From Bacillota bacterium (lineage in GTDB: Bacteria; Bacillota; Clostridia; Christensenellales; UMGS416): DNA of 64,000 bases. Position numbers and translations under genes: made by a program. The stretch covers positions 130,474-194,473 of the forward strand of contig JAEWRW010000020.1 of the NCBI GenBank assembly GCA_023398815.1. Reading direction: 5' to 3'. The notes under the pieces are model-generated. The model was not told the origin of the DNA, did not search any database, and saw nothing but the letters and a program-made list of their open reading frames with translations. How positions within the stretch are numbered: position 1 is the stretch's first letter; each line of letters starts with the position of its first letter. Of the stretch, positions 17,301 through 25,388 are shown in pieces.

Positions 17301-18380
17301 ATGGTCAGCATGCTCGATTGCATCAAACGGGTTCCCAGCATTCTGGAGACCATCCTCGACCACCGGGAGGAGACGTTCGCCCCGCTGTGGACGACCTTTG
17401 GCGCGCGCATGAATGAGGTGGACGAGATCGTCCTCGTTGGCTCCGGCACGTCGAACACCTCGTCCATCACCGCCCGGTATCTGGCCGAGCGCCTGTCCGG
17501 CATCCGGGTTTCCGTCACGGTGCCCAACGAATTCCTTTATAGCCTCACCGCCCGCAATCCCAAGGCCCTGTACCTCTTCCTTTCCCAGACGGGCACATCC
17601 ATTCTCACCCGCCAGGCGTTGCACTACGCGCTGGAGCAGGGGTTCCTGACGGCGGCGCTCTCCGAAGCGGCGACGACGCCCATCGCCCGAGAGGCCGGGG
17701 TGTTCCTCGATATGCACTGCGGCAAGGAAGAGTACCCCATGCGCACCATCGGGTACAGCGCGTCAGTGCTGGGTGTGGCGATGCTCGCGGTGGAGATTGG
17801 CCGTCGGCGCGGCACGCTCTCCGCTACCAAGGTGGAGGACGCCATGGCCCAAGCCCGGGCCGCCGCAGCCAGCATCCCCGCCGTCATCGACGCCACCATG
17901 GCGTGGCTGGACGCCAACCGCCGCAACATGCTCCGGTGCGAGAGCATCATCTTCTACGGTTCCGGCTCTCTCTATGGCGTGGCGCTGGAGGGTGCCGTCA
18001 AGGTGTGGGAGACCCCGCAGATCACCACCATGGGCTTTGAGCTGGAGGAAGGCCTGCACGGCCCGAACTACGGTTACACCCAACGCCACTGCGTCATCGT
18101 GCTGAACGACGGCGGCGTGGACGACGCCAAGGCCCGCGCCATGGCCAGCTACATGCGGGTGGAGAAGAGCAACGGCTTCCTTGTTGGTGCCAATGCCGAT
18201 GCCCCGTCTGACCTGGCCTTTGACCCGAAAGGTGGAATGTTCGCCTGCCTGGAGTTCGCCGCCGTGGTGCAGACGCTGGCCTTCCGCCTGGCCGTTGACC
18301 AGGGCCGCGACCTCTACGCTCCCCACGACAACAGCGCGATGGAGAAGTACTTCCGCTCCCACAGCGCGGACGACAAGTAG
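17301..18380 (+). CDS. Double SIS-domain protein (GlmS-C / NagB-II / AgaS / FrlB-like sugar-phosphate isomerase-deaminase)
   Basis: The ATG at 17301 follows AGGAGG. The first SIS block is VLVGSGTSNTSS and the second is IFYGSGSLYG. Length is about 360 aa. Confidence 0.8.
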   Translation: MVSMLDCIKRVPSILETILDHREETFAPLWTTFGARMNEVDEIVLVGSGTSNTSSITARYLAERLSGIRVSVTVPNEFLYSLTARNPKALYLFLSQTGTSILTRQALHYALEQGFLTAALSEAATTPIAREAGVFLDMHCGKEEYPMRTIGYSASVLGVAMLAVEIGRRRGTLSATKVEDAMAQARAAAASIPAVIDATMAWLDANRRNMLRCESIIFYGSGSLYGVALEGAVKVWETPQITTMGFELEEGLHGPNYGYTQRHCVIVLNDGGVDDAKARAMASYMRVEKSNGFLVGANADAPSDLAFDPKGGMFACLEFAAVVQTLAFRLAVDQGRDLYAPHDNSAMEKYFRSHSADDK

Positions 18381-18389
18381 GAGGGTCCC

Positions 18390-19277
18390 ATGGTCAACCA
18401 GCCTTTTCAGGCCCGGCGCATTGCCCCAGGCACGTGGATTGTCACCGGCGAGGGGTGCGACTGCTACCTGTTGGAGGGCGACCGCGAGGCCCTGATGATC
18501 GACGCGGGTATGTCCACCGCTGACATCCGCGCCTTCGCCCAGGGGCTGACCGACCGGCCCCTGCGGCGGGTTGTCAATACCCACAGCCACTTTGACCACA
18601 CCGGTGGCAATGGCTTCTTCGACGAGGTGCTGGCCACGCCGCGGGCCGCCCGCAGCCTCAAGAACACCATGGGAGCGCCGGCAGCTTGGTACCCGCTCGA
18701 CTACCGCGTGACGCCCATTGCCGACGGCGATGTGCTGGACTTGGGCGGGCGGCGTCTGCGGGTGCTGGAGCTCGACTGCCACAGCCCCGGTGACGTGGCC
18801 CTGCTGGATCCCGACCGGCGGCTGCTGTTCACCGGCGACGAGGTGGAGAGCGGCCAGGTGCTGCTGCTCCCTGGCTATGCCGAGGAACCGGGCCAGACCC
18901 ACGCCAAGCCTGCCGCCACGGTGGAGACCTGCCTCAGGACCATGGAACGGCTGGCTGCCCTGCGGGGGGAGTATGACGCCCTCTGCCCGGCCCACAACGG
19001 CAGCCCCCTGGATCCCGTTTATGTGGATTGGTTCATTGCCCTGTGCCGCGCGGTGTCGGAGGGGCAGGTAGGCGACCCCGACTGTTCGTCGCCCAGCTAC
19101 AACAGCGGCGCGACGCACTTTCCCTACCCACACGCGGGCTACCGCCGTGCCGCCCACAAGGGCGCGTCGCTTGTCTATTGCAGCGCCCTGTTGTGGGACG
19201 CCGACCTGGCAAACGCCGGCAGCCTGCCCCCGGCCACGCCGCTACACCTCATCTCGTCCTATTTCGCCCGGCAGTGA
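18390..19277 (+). CDS. MBL-fold metallo-hydrolase
   Basis: AGGAGGG RBS. HSHFDHTGG (the HxHxDH motif) is present, with downstream His/Asp ligands. Confidence 0.8.
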   Translation: MVNQPFQARRIAPGTWIVTGEGCDCYLLEGDREALMIDAGMSTADIRAFAQGLTDRPLRRVVNTHSHFDHTGGNGFFDEVLATPRAARSLKNTMGAPAAWYPLDYRVTPIADGDVLDLGGRRLRVLELDCHSPGDVALLDPDRRLLFTGDEVESGQVLLLPGYAEEPGQTHAKPAATVETCLRTMERLAALRGEYDALCPAHNGSPLDPVYVDWFIALCRAVSEGQVGDPDCSSPSYNSGATHFPYPHAGYRRAAHKGASLVYCSALLWDADLANAGSLPPATPLHLISSYFARQ

Positions 19278-19292
19278 CGCCGGAGTGAAAGA

Positions 19293-19332
19293 ATCGCCCC
19301 GCCGTCTACGGACGGCGGGGCGATGTGTTTGG
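19293..19332 (+). terminator. Rho-independent terminator ending the sugar locus
   Basis: A perfect 14-bp stem: ATCGCCCCGCCGTC, loop TACG, GACGGCGGGGCGAT. It is followed by GTGTTTGG. Confidence 0.7.
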
Positions 19333-19412
19333 TGAGGCTCACCGTGCCCACATAGGTACACGGAAGTGCCTAGACCATCGGTACCTATCCCCCTGGAGGG
19401 CGTGGCTCCGTC

Positions 19413-19441
19413 TTGCCAGCCGTTCCCAATGCGTCTACAAT
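19413..19441 (+). promoter_or_regulatory. Promoter of the GGDEF-kinase-GH32-like operon
   Basis: TTGCCA (19413-19418), a 17-nt spacer, then TACAAT (19436-19441). Confidence 0.45.
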
Positions 19442-19469
19442 ATGGAAAGACTGAGGAAGAGGTGCTGCC

Positions 19470-20642
19470 ATGCAAATGTTTTCGCTCCTGCAGATTGATG
19501 CATTTGCATTGGCCATTCTGGCACTCATCTACCTCAACATCCGGCGCAGCGGCGGCCGGTATCTGATGGAGCAGAAGTTCTACCTGGCGCTCATCGCGGC
19601 GGACGCCCTGGTGCTGCTGCTGGACATGGCCATGTGGCTGGTGGATGGCAGGGCAGGCCCCGTCTACCGCGTTTTGAACCTGGCGGTGACAGCCGCCTAC
19701 TACACCATGAACCCGCTGATCTGCATGCTTTGGTTGCTCTATGTGTATTATGAGATTTATAAGAGCACGCAGCATCTTAGGCGGATGCTGCCTTTGCTCC
19801 TTGCTCCGGCATGCGCCAATGCCATCCTGTCCGTCTTTAGCATTCACACCGGGCAGATGTTTCTGGTGGATGCGGGTAACCGCTATTCCCGCGGGCCACT
19901 GTTTGTTGTCATGGCACTCATCTGTCTGGTATATCTGTTGTATTCCCTGGCACTCATCGTGCTGCGCCGCCGGCGACTTGCGTCACAGCACTTCATTCCC
20001 ATGCTGTTCTTCGCGGTGCTGCCGTTGGTGGGCGGGGTGGTGCAGAGCCTGTTGTATGGCATCTCGCTCATTTGGAGCTGCGCCACCTTTTCGGCCCTTG
20101 TCATCTTCATCAACATCCAGAACAATCTGCTCTACACCGATCCCCTGACGGGCCTATCCAACCGGCGGCAGGTGGACAACTATCTGCGTCACCGGAGTCA
20201 GTATGCCGGGGGCAAGCGCTTGGCGGGCATGATGATTGATCTCAACGCCTTCAAAACAATCAACGATCGTTATGGGCACGACGTGGGCGACCAGGCCCTG
20301 CGGGACACCGCCGATATTCTGCGCCACACCTTCCATGGGGATGATTTTGTCTCGCGCTATGGCGGGGATGAGTTTCTGGTGCTGCTGTCTGTGCCCAATG
20401 GGGAGACGCTGGAGTCCATCGTTCGCCGCCTGCACGACAATGTGGAACAGTTCAATGCCAGCCGCACTGCCCCCTATGCCATCAGTCTGAGCGTGGGGTA
20501 CGACTGCTGCACGGGGGATGAGGAAGGGGATCTGGCTGGTTTTGTCAAACACATCGATGAACTGATGTACCGGGAGAAATTGAAATACAACGAAGGACGA
20601 CTGGATCCCGTGCGGGATGCCGGGCCGTCGTCCTCGTTCTGA
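19470..20642 (+). CDS. Membrane-anchored diguanylate cyclase (GGDEF domain)
   Basis: About six N-terminal TM helices, then DPLTGLSNRR ... RYGGDEFLVLL. The position of the RxxD I-site reads HGDD. Confidence 0.9.
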   Translation: MQMFSLLQIDAFALAILALIYLNIRRSGGRYLMEQKFYLALIAADALVLLLDMAMWLVDGRAGPVYRVLNLAVTAAYYTMNPLICMLWLLYVYYEIYKSTQHLRRMLPLLLAPACANAILSVFSIHTGQMFLVDAGNRYSRGPLFVVMALICLVYLLYSLALIVLRRRRLASQHFIPMLFFAVLPLVGGVVQSLLYGISLIWSCATFSALVIFINIQNNLLYTDPLTGLSNRRQVDNYLRHRSQYAGGKRLAGMMIDLNAFKTINDRYGHDVGDQALRDTADILRHTFHGDDFVSRYGGDEFLVLLSVPNGETLESIVRRLHDNVEQFNASRTAPYAISLSVGYDCCTGDEEGDLAGFVKHIDELMYREKLKYNEGRLDPVRDAGPSSSF

Positions 20643-20655
20643 CAGGAGGATGGAC

Positions 20656-22167
20656 ATGCCGTTGTTGATGGGCATAGATTTGGGGACTTCCAGCGTGAAG
20701 GTCATTGTGATGGACGAGGATGGGGCGATTCGCACCATCGCCCGGAGGGATTACCCGGTGGACGTACCGGCCGACGGCCACGCCCAGCAGGAGCCGCTGG
20801 CCTGGTGGAACGCCACCGCCGACGCCATTGCCGAGGCCGTGGCGGCCCCAGGCGTGGACGCGGCGGCCATTGCTGGGGTGGGGCTGTCGGGCCAGATGCA
20901 CGGCTGTGTGCTGGCCGACGAGCAGGGTGAAGCACTCGGCCCCGCCATCATCCACAGCGACCAGCGCTCTTGGCCGCAGGTGCGCGCCCTCTATGAGCGC
21001 GTCGGGGCGGAGACGATCCACCGTGCCACCTGGAACGCGCTGTATCCTGGCTTTCAGCTAGCCTCCCTGGCCTGGGTGTTGGAGCATACTCCCGCGCTGT
21101 ATGAGCAGGCCCGTTGGGTGCTGGCACCCAAGGATTATGTGCGCATGAAGCTGACGGGCGCAGCGGCAGCCGATCACTCCGACGCCTGCGCCACAGGGGC
21201 CTACGACATGAACAGCCGCCAGTGGGCGGGGGAGATTTTGACCAAAGCTGGGCTGGACCCTGCCAAGATGCCGCCCATCGGCGAGTCGGCCGACGTGGGC
21301 GGCGGGGTGAGCGCGGTGGCGGCACGGCGGACGGGGTTGCGCCCTGGCACGCCGGTGGTGCTGGGCGGCGGCGATCAACCCATGCAAGCGCTGGGCAACG
21401 GTGTCATTGGCCCGGGGACACTGACGTCCACCATCGGCACCGCCGGGCAGGTGTTCCTGCCCCTGGCGCAGAGCCGCCCCGCCGGCGACCTGCGCACCCA
21501 CACCTTCTGTGGGCTGGAGCGAGGCATGACCTATGCCATGGGGGCCATCCTCAGCGCCGGGGTGTGTCTGAAGTGGCTCAACGGCCGCGTGCTGGGGTAC
21601 AGCAGCTTTGAGGAGCTGGACAGGGAGGCCGCCGCGGTGCCCGTTGGCTGCCACGATCTGCTGTTCCTGCCCTATTTGAGCGGTGACCGGGTGCCCTTCG
21701 GGGCCTACCGGCTGAAGGCGTCGTTCGTGGGGCTGACGCTGCAGCACGACCGGGCCGCCATGGCCCGCGCCGTGCTGGAGGGTGTCGTTCTTGCCATGCG
21801 TGCCAAGCTTGACACCCTGCTGACCGTGGAGCCGGTGGGGCGGGTCATCGCCTCCGGCGGTGGGGCGGGCAGTGCCCTGTGGCGGCAGATTCAGGCCGAT
21901 GTCTACGGGCGGGAGCTCTACCGCACGGCAATGAGCGAGCAGGCCGGGGTGGGCGCGGCCATGACCGCCGGCGTGGGCGTTGGAGCCTACGGTTCCTACC
22001 AGCAGGCCTGCGACGCTGTGGTGCGGCTGGACGACCGGCCGGTGGAGCCCAACCCGGCGGTGGCGGCACAGTATCAGGAGCAGTTCCTGCGCTTTCGAGA
22101 GGCGGTGCGCCGCAGTGCCATTGGTGACGATGGCAAGGCGGTGGACGTGCCGCGAGAGGTACTGTGA
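20656..22167 (+). CDS. FGGY-family carbohydrate kinase (xylulokinase-like)
   Basis: The ATG at 20656 lies 6 nt after AGGAGG and only 13 nt after the GGDEF stop. Motifs include MPLLMGIDLGTSSVKV and the FGGY C-terminal block GGGAGSALWRQIQADV. Confidence 0.85.
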   Translation: MPLLMGIDLGTSSVKVIVMDEDGAIRTIARRDYPVDVPADGHAQQEPLAWWNATADAIAEAVAAPGVDAAAIAGVGLSGQMHGCVLADEQGEALGPAIIHSDQRSWPQVRALYERVGAETIHRATWNALYPGFQLASLAWVLEHTPALYEQARWVLAPKDYVRMKLTGAAAADHSDACATGAYDMNSRQWAGEILTKAGLDPAKMPPIGESADVGGGVSAVAARRTGLRPGTPVVLGGGDQPMQALGNGVIGPGTLTSTIGTAGQVFLPLAQSRPAGDLRTHTFCGLERGMTYAMGAILSAGVCLKWLNGRVLGYSSFEELDREAAAVPVGCHDLLFLPYLSGDRVPFGAYRLKASFVGLTLQHDRAAMARAVLEGVVLAMRAKLDTLLTVEPVGRVIASGGGAGSALWRQIQADVYGRELYRTAMSEQAGVGAAMTAGVGVGAYGSYQQACDAVVRLDDRPVEPNPAVAAQYQEQFLRFREAVRRSAIGDDGKAVDVPREVL

Positions 22168-24041
22168 TGGAACCACAGGCGCCGGGCAGCGGGCGGAACG
22201 AACTGTCTCGGTGCACCCCACTGGCGGCCATGCAGCCGGGCGAGGGATACAGCTTGCGGTTGCGGCTCTCCATGGATGCATGCTGCGGGGAGCTACTCCG
22301 CTGCGGGCAGCCGGAACACCCGGTGTTCACCCTGGAGCGCCGGGAGGAGGAAGACCTTCCGCGTCTGCTGTTCACCTTCTGGACCGATGGACAACCGGAG
22401 CCTTTTGTGTTGACTGCGCCATGGCCGACGGGGCAGCGCATCGCTGAGGTGGCCATTTGGCTCACCGACGTACGCGCCTGCCTGCTGGTGGATGGCGTGC
22501 TGACCGACGAGGAATGGCCGCTTGGCTCCGTAGCGTGGTCTACGGAGGCTTGGCTGGAGAGTGCGCCGGGCATCGCCGTGGAGGTCACAGCCCTCGCAGC
22601 GGCAGAATGCGCCGCGCTGCCGGTACCCGATAGCCTGCCCGAGGCAGGCGGTGCACTGCAGTACTGGCGGCCCGCCGGCCACAACACCGGCGTGGGCGAC
22701 TGCATGCCCTTCTGGCATGATGGGGTGTTCCATCTCTTCTACCTCTTTGACCGCCGCCAGCACCGCAGCAAGCATGGTTTCGGCGCGCACCAGTGGGCCC
22801 ATGCCTCCACGAGGGATCTTGTGCACTGGAAGCACCACGAGCGGGCCATTCCCATTACCGCCCAGTGGGAGGGATCGATCTGTACCGGGTCGGTGTTCTT
22901 CCACGATGGGGTATACTACGGTTTCTATTCCGCCCGTATGACCGACCGGAGCCCCGCCCCGCTGACGGCAGTGACCAGCACTGACGGCATACACTTTGAA
23001 AAGCAACCGCCGTTGTGCCGCTTGACCGCGCCATACGACGGCCCCTCTGCCCGCGACCCGGTGGTGTTTCAGGACGACGAAGGGCTCTTCCACATGCTGG
23101 TGACGACCTCCCTGGTCGATGCCCCGCTGGCTGGGCGGGGTGGCTGCCTGGCACACCTAATGTCGCCGGACCTGCAGCGGTGGGAGCGGCAGGCCCCCTT
23201 TCTGGTGCCCGGCTACACCGACCAACCCGAGTGTGCCGATTACTTCCATTGGCGCGGCTGGTACTATCTGGTGTTCAGCAACAATGGCATCGCCCGGTAC
23301 CGGTTGTCGCGCCTGCCCTTTGGGCCTTGGCAGCAACCGGCCAACGATTTGCTCAACTGCCCTAACATCGGCGTGCCCAAGACAGCGACTTTTGTCGGTG
23401 ACCGGCGGTTGAGCGTTGGGTTCCTGCGTGAGGGTAACGGCTATGGCGGCATCGCCGTGTTTCGTGAGCTTGTTCAGCGATCCGATGGTACGCTGGGAAC
23501 AGCCTTCGTGCCGGAGATGACCCCGGCAGGTCGGCTGGTTCCCACAGCATTAAAGTCGTTGACCGACGGCGTGGCCCAAAATGGTGACTGGGTTATACTC
23601 GATGGGACTCAGGGCTTCGCGGCGGCGGCACTGACGGCCCTGCCCCGGCGCAAGCGCGTCACCCTGCTGGCCCGGTGTGAGGAAGGAACCGGTGCCTTTG
23701 GCCTCTGCCTGAAGAGCGACGAGCGCTACGGCTGCGGCACCGAGCTGCGGCTGGAGCCGGCCCTGTGCCGGGTCGGGTTTCGCCCCTGGAATGGCGAGTC
23801 TCTGCCAACCGACCATCACCAGCTGTTGGAAGCGGTGGAGGGACTGGATGGCGAAATTGTCCTCGACGTGCTGGTGGATGACGGGTGGATTGACGTCTGC
23901 ATTGGCGGGCAGCGTACCCTCATCGTGCAGGACACTCAGGCGGACACATCAACTATCTGTCTGTTTGCCCATGGATCCCGCGTCTCCTTCCGGGCCATCC
24001 GGGTGCAGGCGTTGGGGCCGGTGGGGGAGCCGGGCGATTGA
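22167..24041 (+). CDS. GH32-like (clan GH-J, 5-bladed beta-propeller) glycoside hydrolase with an N-terminal extension
   Basis: The start overlaps the kinase stop (GTGATG). The nucleophile block is GVGDCMPFWHDGVFHLFYLFD. An RDP block (SARDPVVFQDDEGLFHMLV) and an EC block (QPECADYFHWRGWYYLVFS) are present, followed by a C-terminal beta-sandwich. Confidence 0.7.
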   Translation: MEPQAPGSGRNELSRCTPLAAMQPGEGYSLRLRLSMDACCGELLRCGQPEHPVFTLERREEEDLPRLLFTFWTDGQPEPFVLTAPWPTGQRIAEVAIWLTDVRACLLVDGVLTDEEWPLGSVAWSTEAWLESAPGIAVEVTALAAAECAALPVPDSLPEAGGALQYWRPAGHNTGVGDCMPFWHDGVFHLFYLFDRRQHRSKHGFGAHQWAHASTRDLVHWKHHERAIPITAQWEGSICTGSVFFHDGVYYGFYSARMTDRSPAPLTAVTSTDGIHFEKQPPLCRLTAPYDGPSARDPVVFQDDEGLFHMLVTTSLVDAPLAGRGGCLAHLMSPDLQRWERQAPFLVPGYTDQPECADYFHWRGWYYLVFSNNGIARYRLSRLPFGPWQQPANDLLNCPNIGVPKTATFVGDRRLSVGFLREGNGYGGIAVFRELVQRSDGTLGTAFVPEMTPAGRLVPTALKSLTDGVAQNGDWVILDGTQGFAAAALTALPRRKRVTLLARCEEGTGAFGLCLKSDERYGCGTELRLEPALCRVGFRPWNGESLPTDHHQLLEAVEGLDGEIVLDVLVDDGWIDVCIGGQRTLIVQDTQADTSTICLFAHGSRVSFRAIRVQALGPVGEPGD

Positions 24042-24065
24042 CGAGCGTGTTTCTTGCCGACGAAG

Positions 24066-24108
24066 TAAAAACGGCGCACATCCCTTAGGGGTGTGCGCCG
24101 TTTGTTTG
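24066..24108. terminator. Bidirectional Rho-independent terminator between convergent genes
   Basis: AAAAA, then ACGGCGCACA, an 11-nt loop, TGTGCGCCGT, then TTGTTTG. Confidence 0.7.
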
Positions 24109-24127
24109 CTCTGTCAGTGTGGGGCCT

Positions 24128-25042
24128 TCAATCCAACGCGCCTGCCCAGCGCAGCACGCGCAGTGCCCGCAGGGTGTTCCAGGGGCTGGCGGTACCCTCC
24201 TGCGTCTCCATGCGGAAGGGGATGAGGTCCTCAATGGGTTTGGCCCATGGCCAGCGGCCATCGGGCAGTTGCTGGGCACGCACGGCCTCCACCGCTTCCC
24301 GCACCCGGTCGTCGGGGGTGCGGCCGGCTCGGCGCAGGTAGTCCAGCCCACGCAGCAGGTCGTAGTGCCAGAAGGTTGGGAAACGGAACCGTGACCAGTC
24401 CTGCTCAATGAGTGTACCGTTGGAACGCCGCCGGCAGAGATGGCGCTCCAGCAAGTATTCCTCCGCACGCTCCCGTGCTGCATGGGTGCGAGCGCCGCCA
24501 AACGCCAGCTCGGTTTCCAGCAGCCCCTCCAACACGCAGATCGTCGTGTGAAAGGAGGAACGCTGGCTCTCCGGCGCGCGGCAGTTCCAGCCGCCGTCGG
24601 GCAGCTGCTCGCTCAGCAGGCGGCTCAGCAACGCGTCGTTTCGCACGCCGAAGTAGGCCCCCGTCGCCAGGATGACGCCGTTGATGCAAGGTTCGGTTTC
24701 GCCATCGAAGAAGGGTTCACCTTCCACTTCCTCCCACCGCAGGCGCTCAACGCGGGCAACTGCCTGCCGAACCCGTTCGTCCCGCGGGTCCACGCCCATC
24801 TCCCGCAGCAGCGCCAGGCTGTAGATAGTCACCATCATCGTGAAGTCGTCGCCCTGCCAGGTGCCCTCGGGTGTCTGCTGGGCCAGCAGGGCGGCGGCCC
24901 AACCGGCCTGCGGCACCTTGGCCCGTTCGGCGGCCACGGTGGCGGGGTTGGTGTCAGTCAGGTCCCGCAGGGTCTGCCAGCGGATGGCCGGGTCTGTGTC
25001 CAACAACCAGGTGATCGCTGCGTTGCTGTTCATGGGTGTCAT
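24128..25042 (-). CDS. Hypothetical protein with prenyltransferase/terpene-cyclase-like repeats (predicted alpha/alpha toroid)
   Basis: 304 aa with repeated xPDGxW motifs (TPEGTWQGDD, LPDGGWNCRAPE, LPDGRWPWAKP). It appears monocistronic, with its own promoter and terminator. Confidence 0.6.
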   Translation of the reverse strand: MTPMNSNAAITWLLDTDPAIRWQTLRDLTDTNPATVAAERAKVPQAGWAAALLAQQTPEGTWQGDDFTMMVTIYSLALLREMGVDPRDERVRQAVARVERLRWEEVEGEPFFDGETEPCINGVILATGAYFGVRNDALLSRLLSEQLPDGGWNCRAPESQRSSFHTTICVLEGLLETELAFGGARTHAARERAEEYLLERHLCRRRSNGTLIEQDWSRFRFPTFWHYDLLRGLDYLRRAGRTPDDRVREAVEAVRAQQLPDGRWPWAKPIEDLIPFRMETQEGTASPWNTLRALRVLRWAGALD

Positions 25043-25109
25043 CCTCCGTTTTCGGCACGCAAGTCACAGTTCGTTTGCCCGCTCTATGGCTCTGTGCTCT
25101 GTTAGAGCC

Positions 25110-25137
25110 ACTATACCCGACCGATTGCCGTTGTCAA
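25110..25137 (-). promoter_or_regulatory. Promoter of the 24128-25042 gene
   Basis: Minus strand reads TTGACA (25137-25132), a 16-nt spacer, then TATAGT (25115-25110). Confidence 0.45.
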
Positions 25138-25307
25138 GCACATTGCATGCATTGGGCTGCCTTCCTTGGCCCTGCTCTGGCAGAGCGTCGTATGCCGAAA
25201 TCCCGGTTTTGGGCTTCAATCGGTGGTTCTGACGCCGTTTTCCGTCTCAATCTCCGCTTTTCGTTGGTTTTGCCCGCGGTGACGCCGTTTGGCATTGGTA
25301 CCGTCCG

Positions 25308-25335
25308 TTGCCGATTCAGGGGTTCCAGATATAAT
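25308..25335 (+). promoter_or_regulatory. Promoter of the APC permease gene
   Basis: TTGCCG (25308-25313), a 16-nt spacer, then TATAAT (25330-25335). Confidence 0.45.
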
Positions 25336-25388
25336 GAAACCTTGCTAATTTGGTTGTCGCGCCTGAAAACAGGCAAAAGGAAAGGGAC

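Noticed and set aside
17763-19157. 464-aa minus-strand ORF
   Set aside because: It is antisense to the SIS and MBL genes, which both have diagnostic motifs. Its sequence is low complexity.
21058-22281. 407-aa minus-strand ORF
   Set aside because: It is antisense to the FGGY kinase gene, and its composition is shadow-like.
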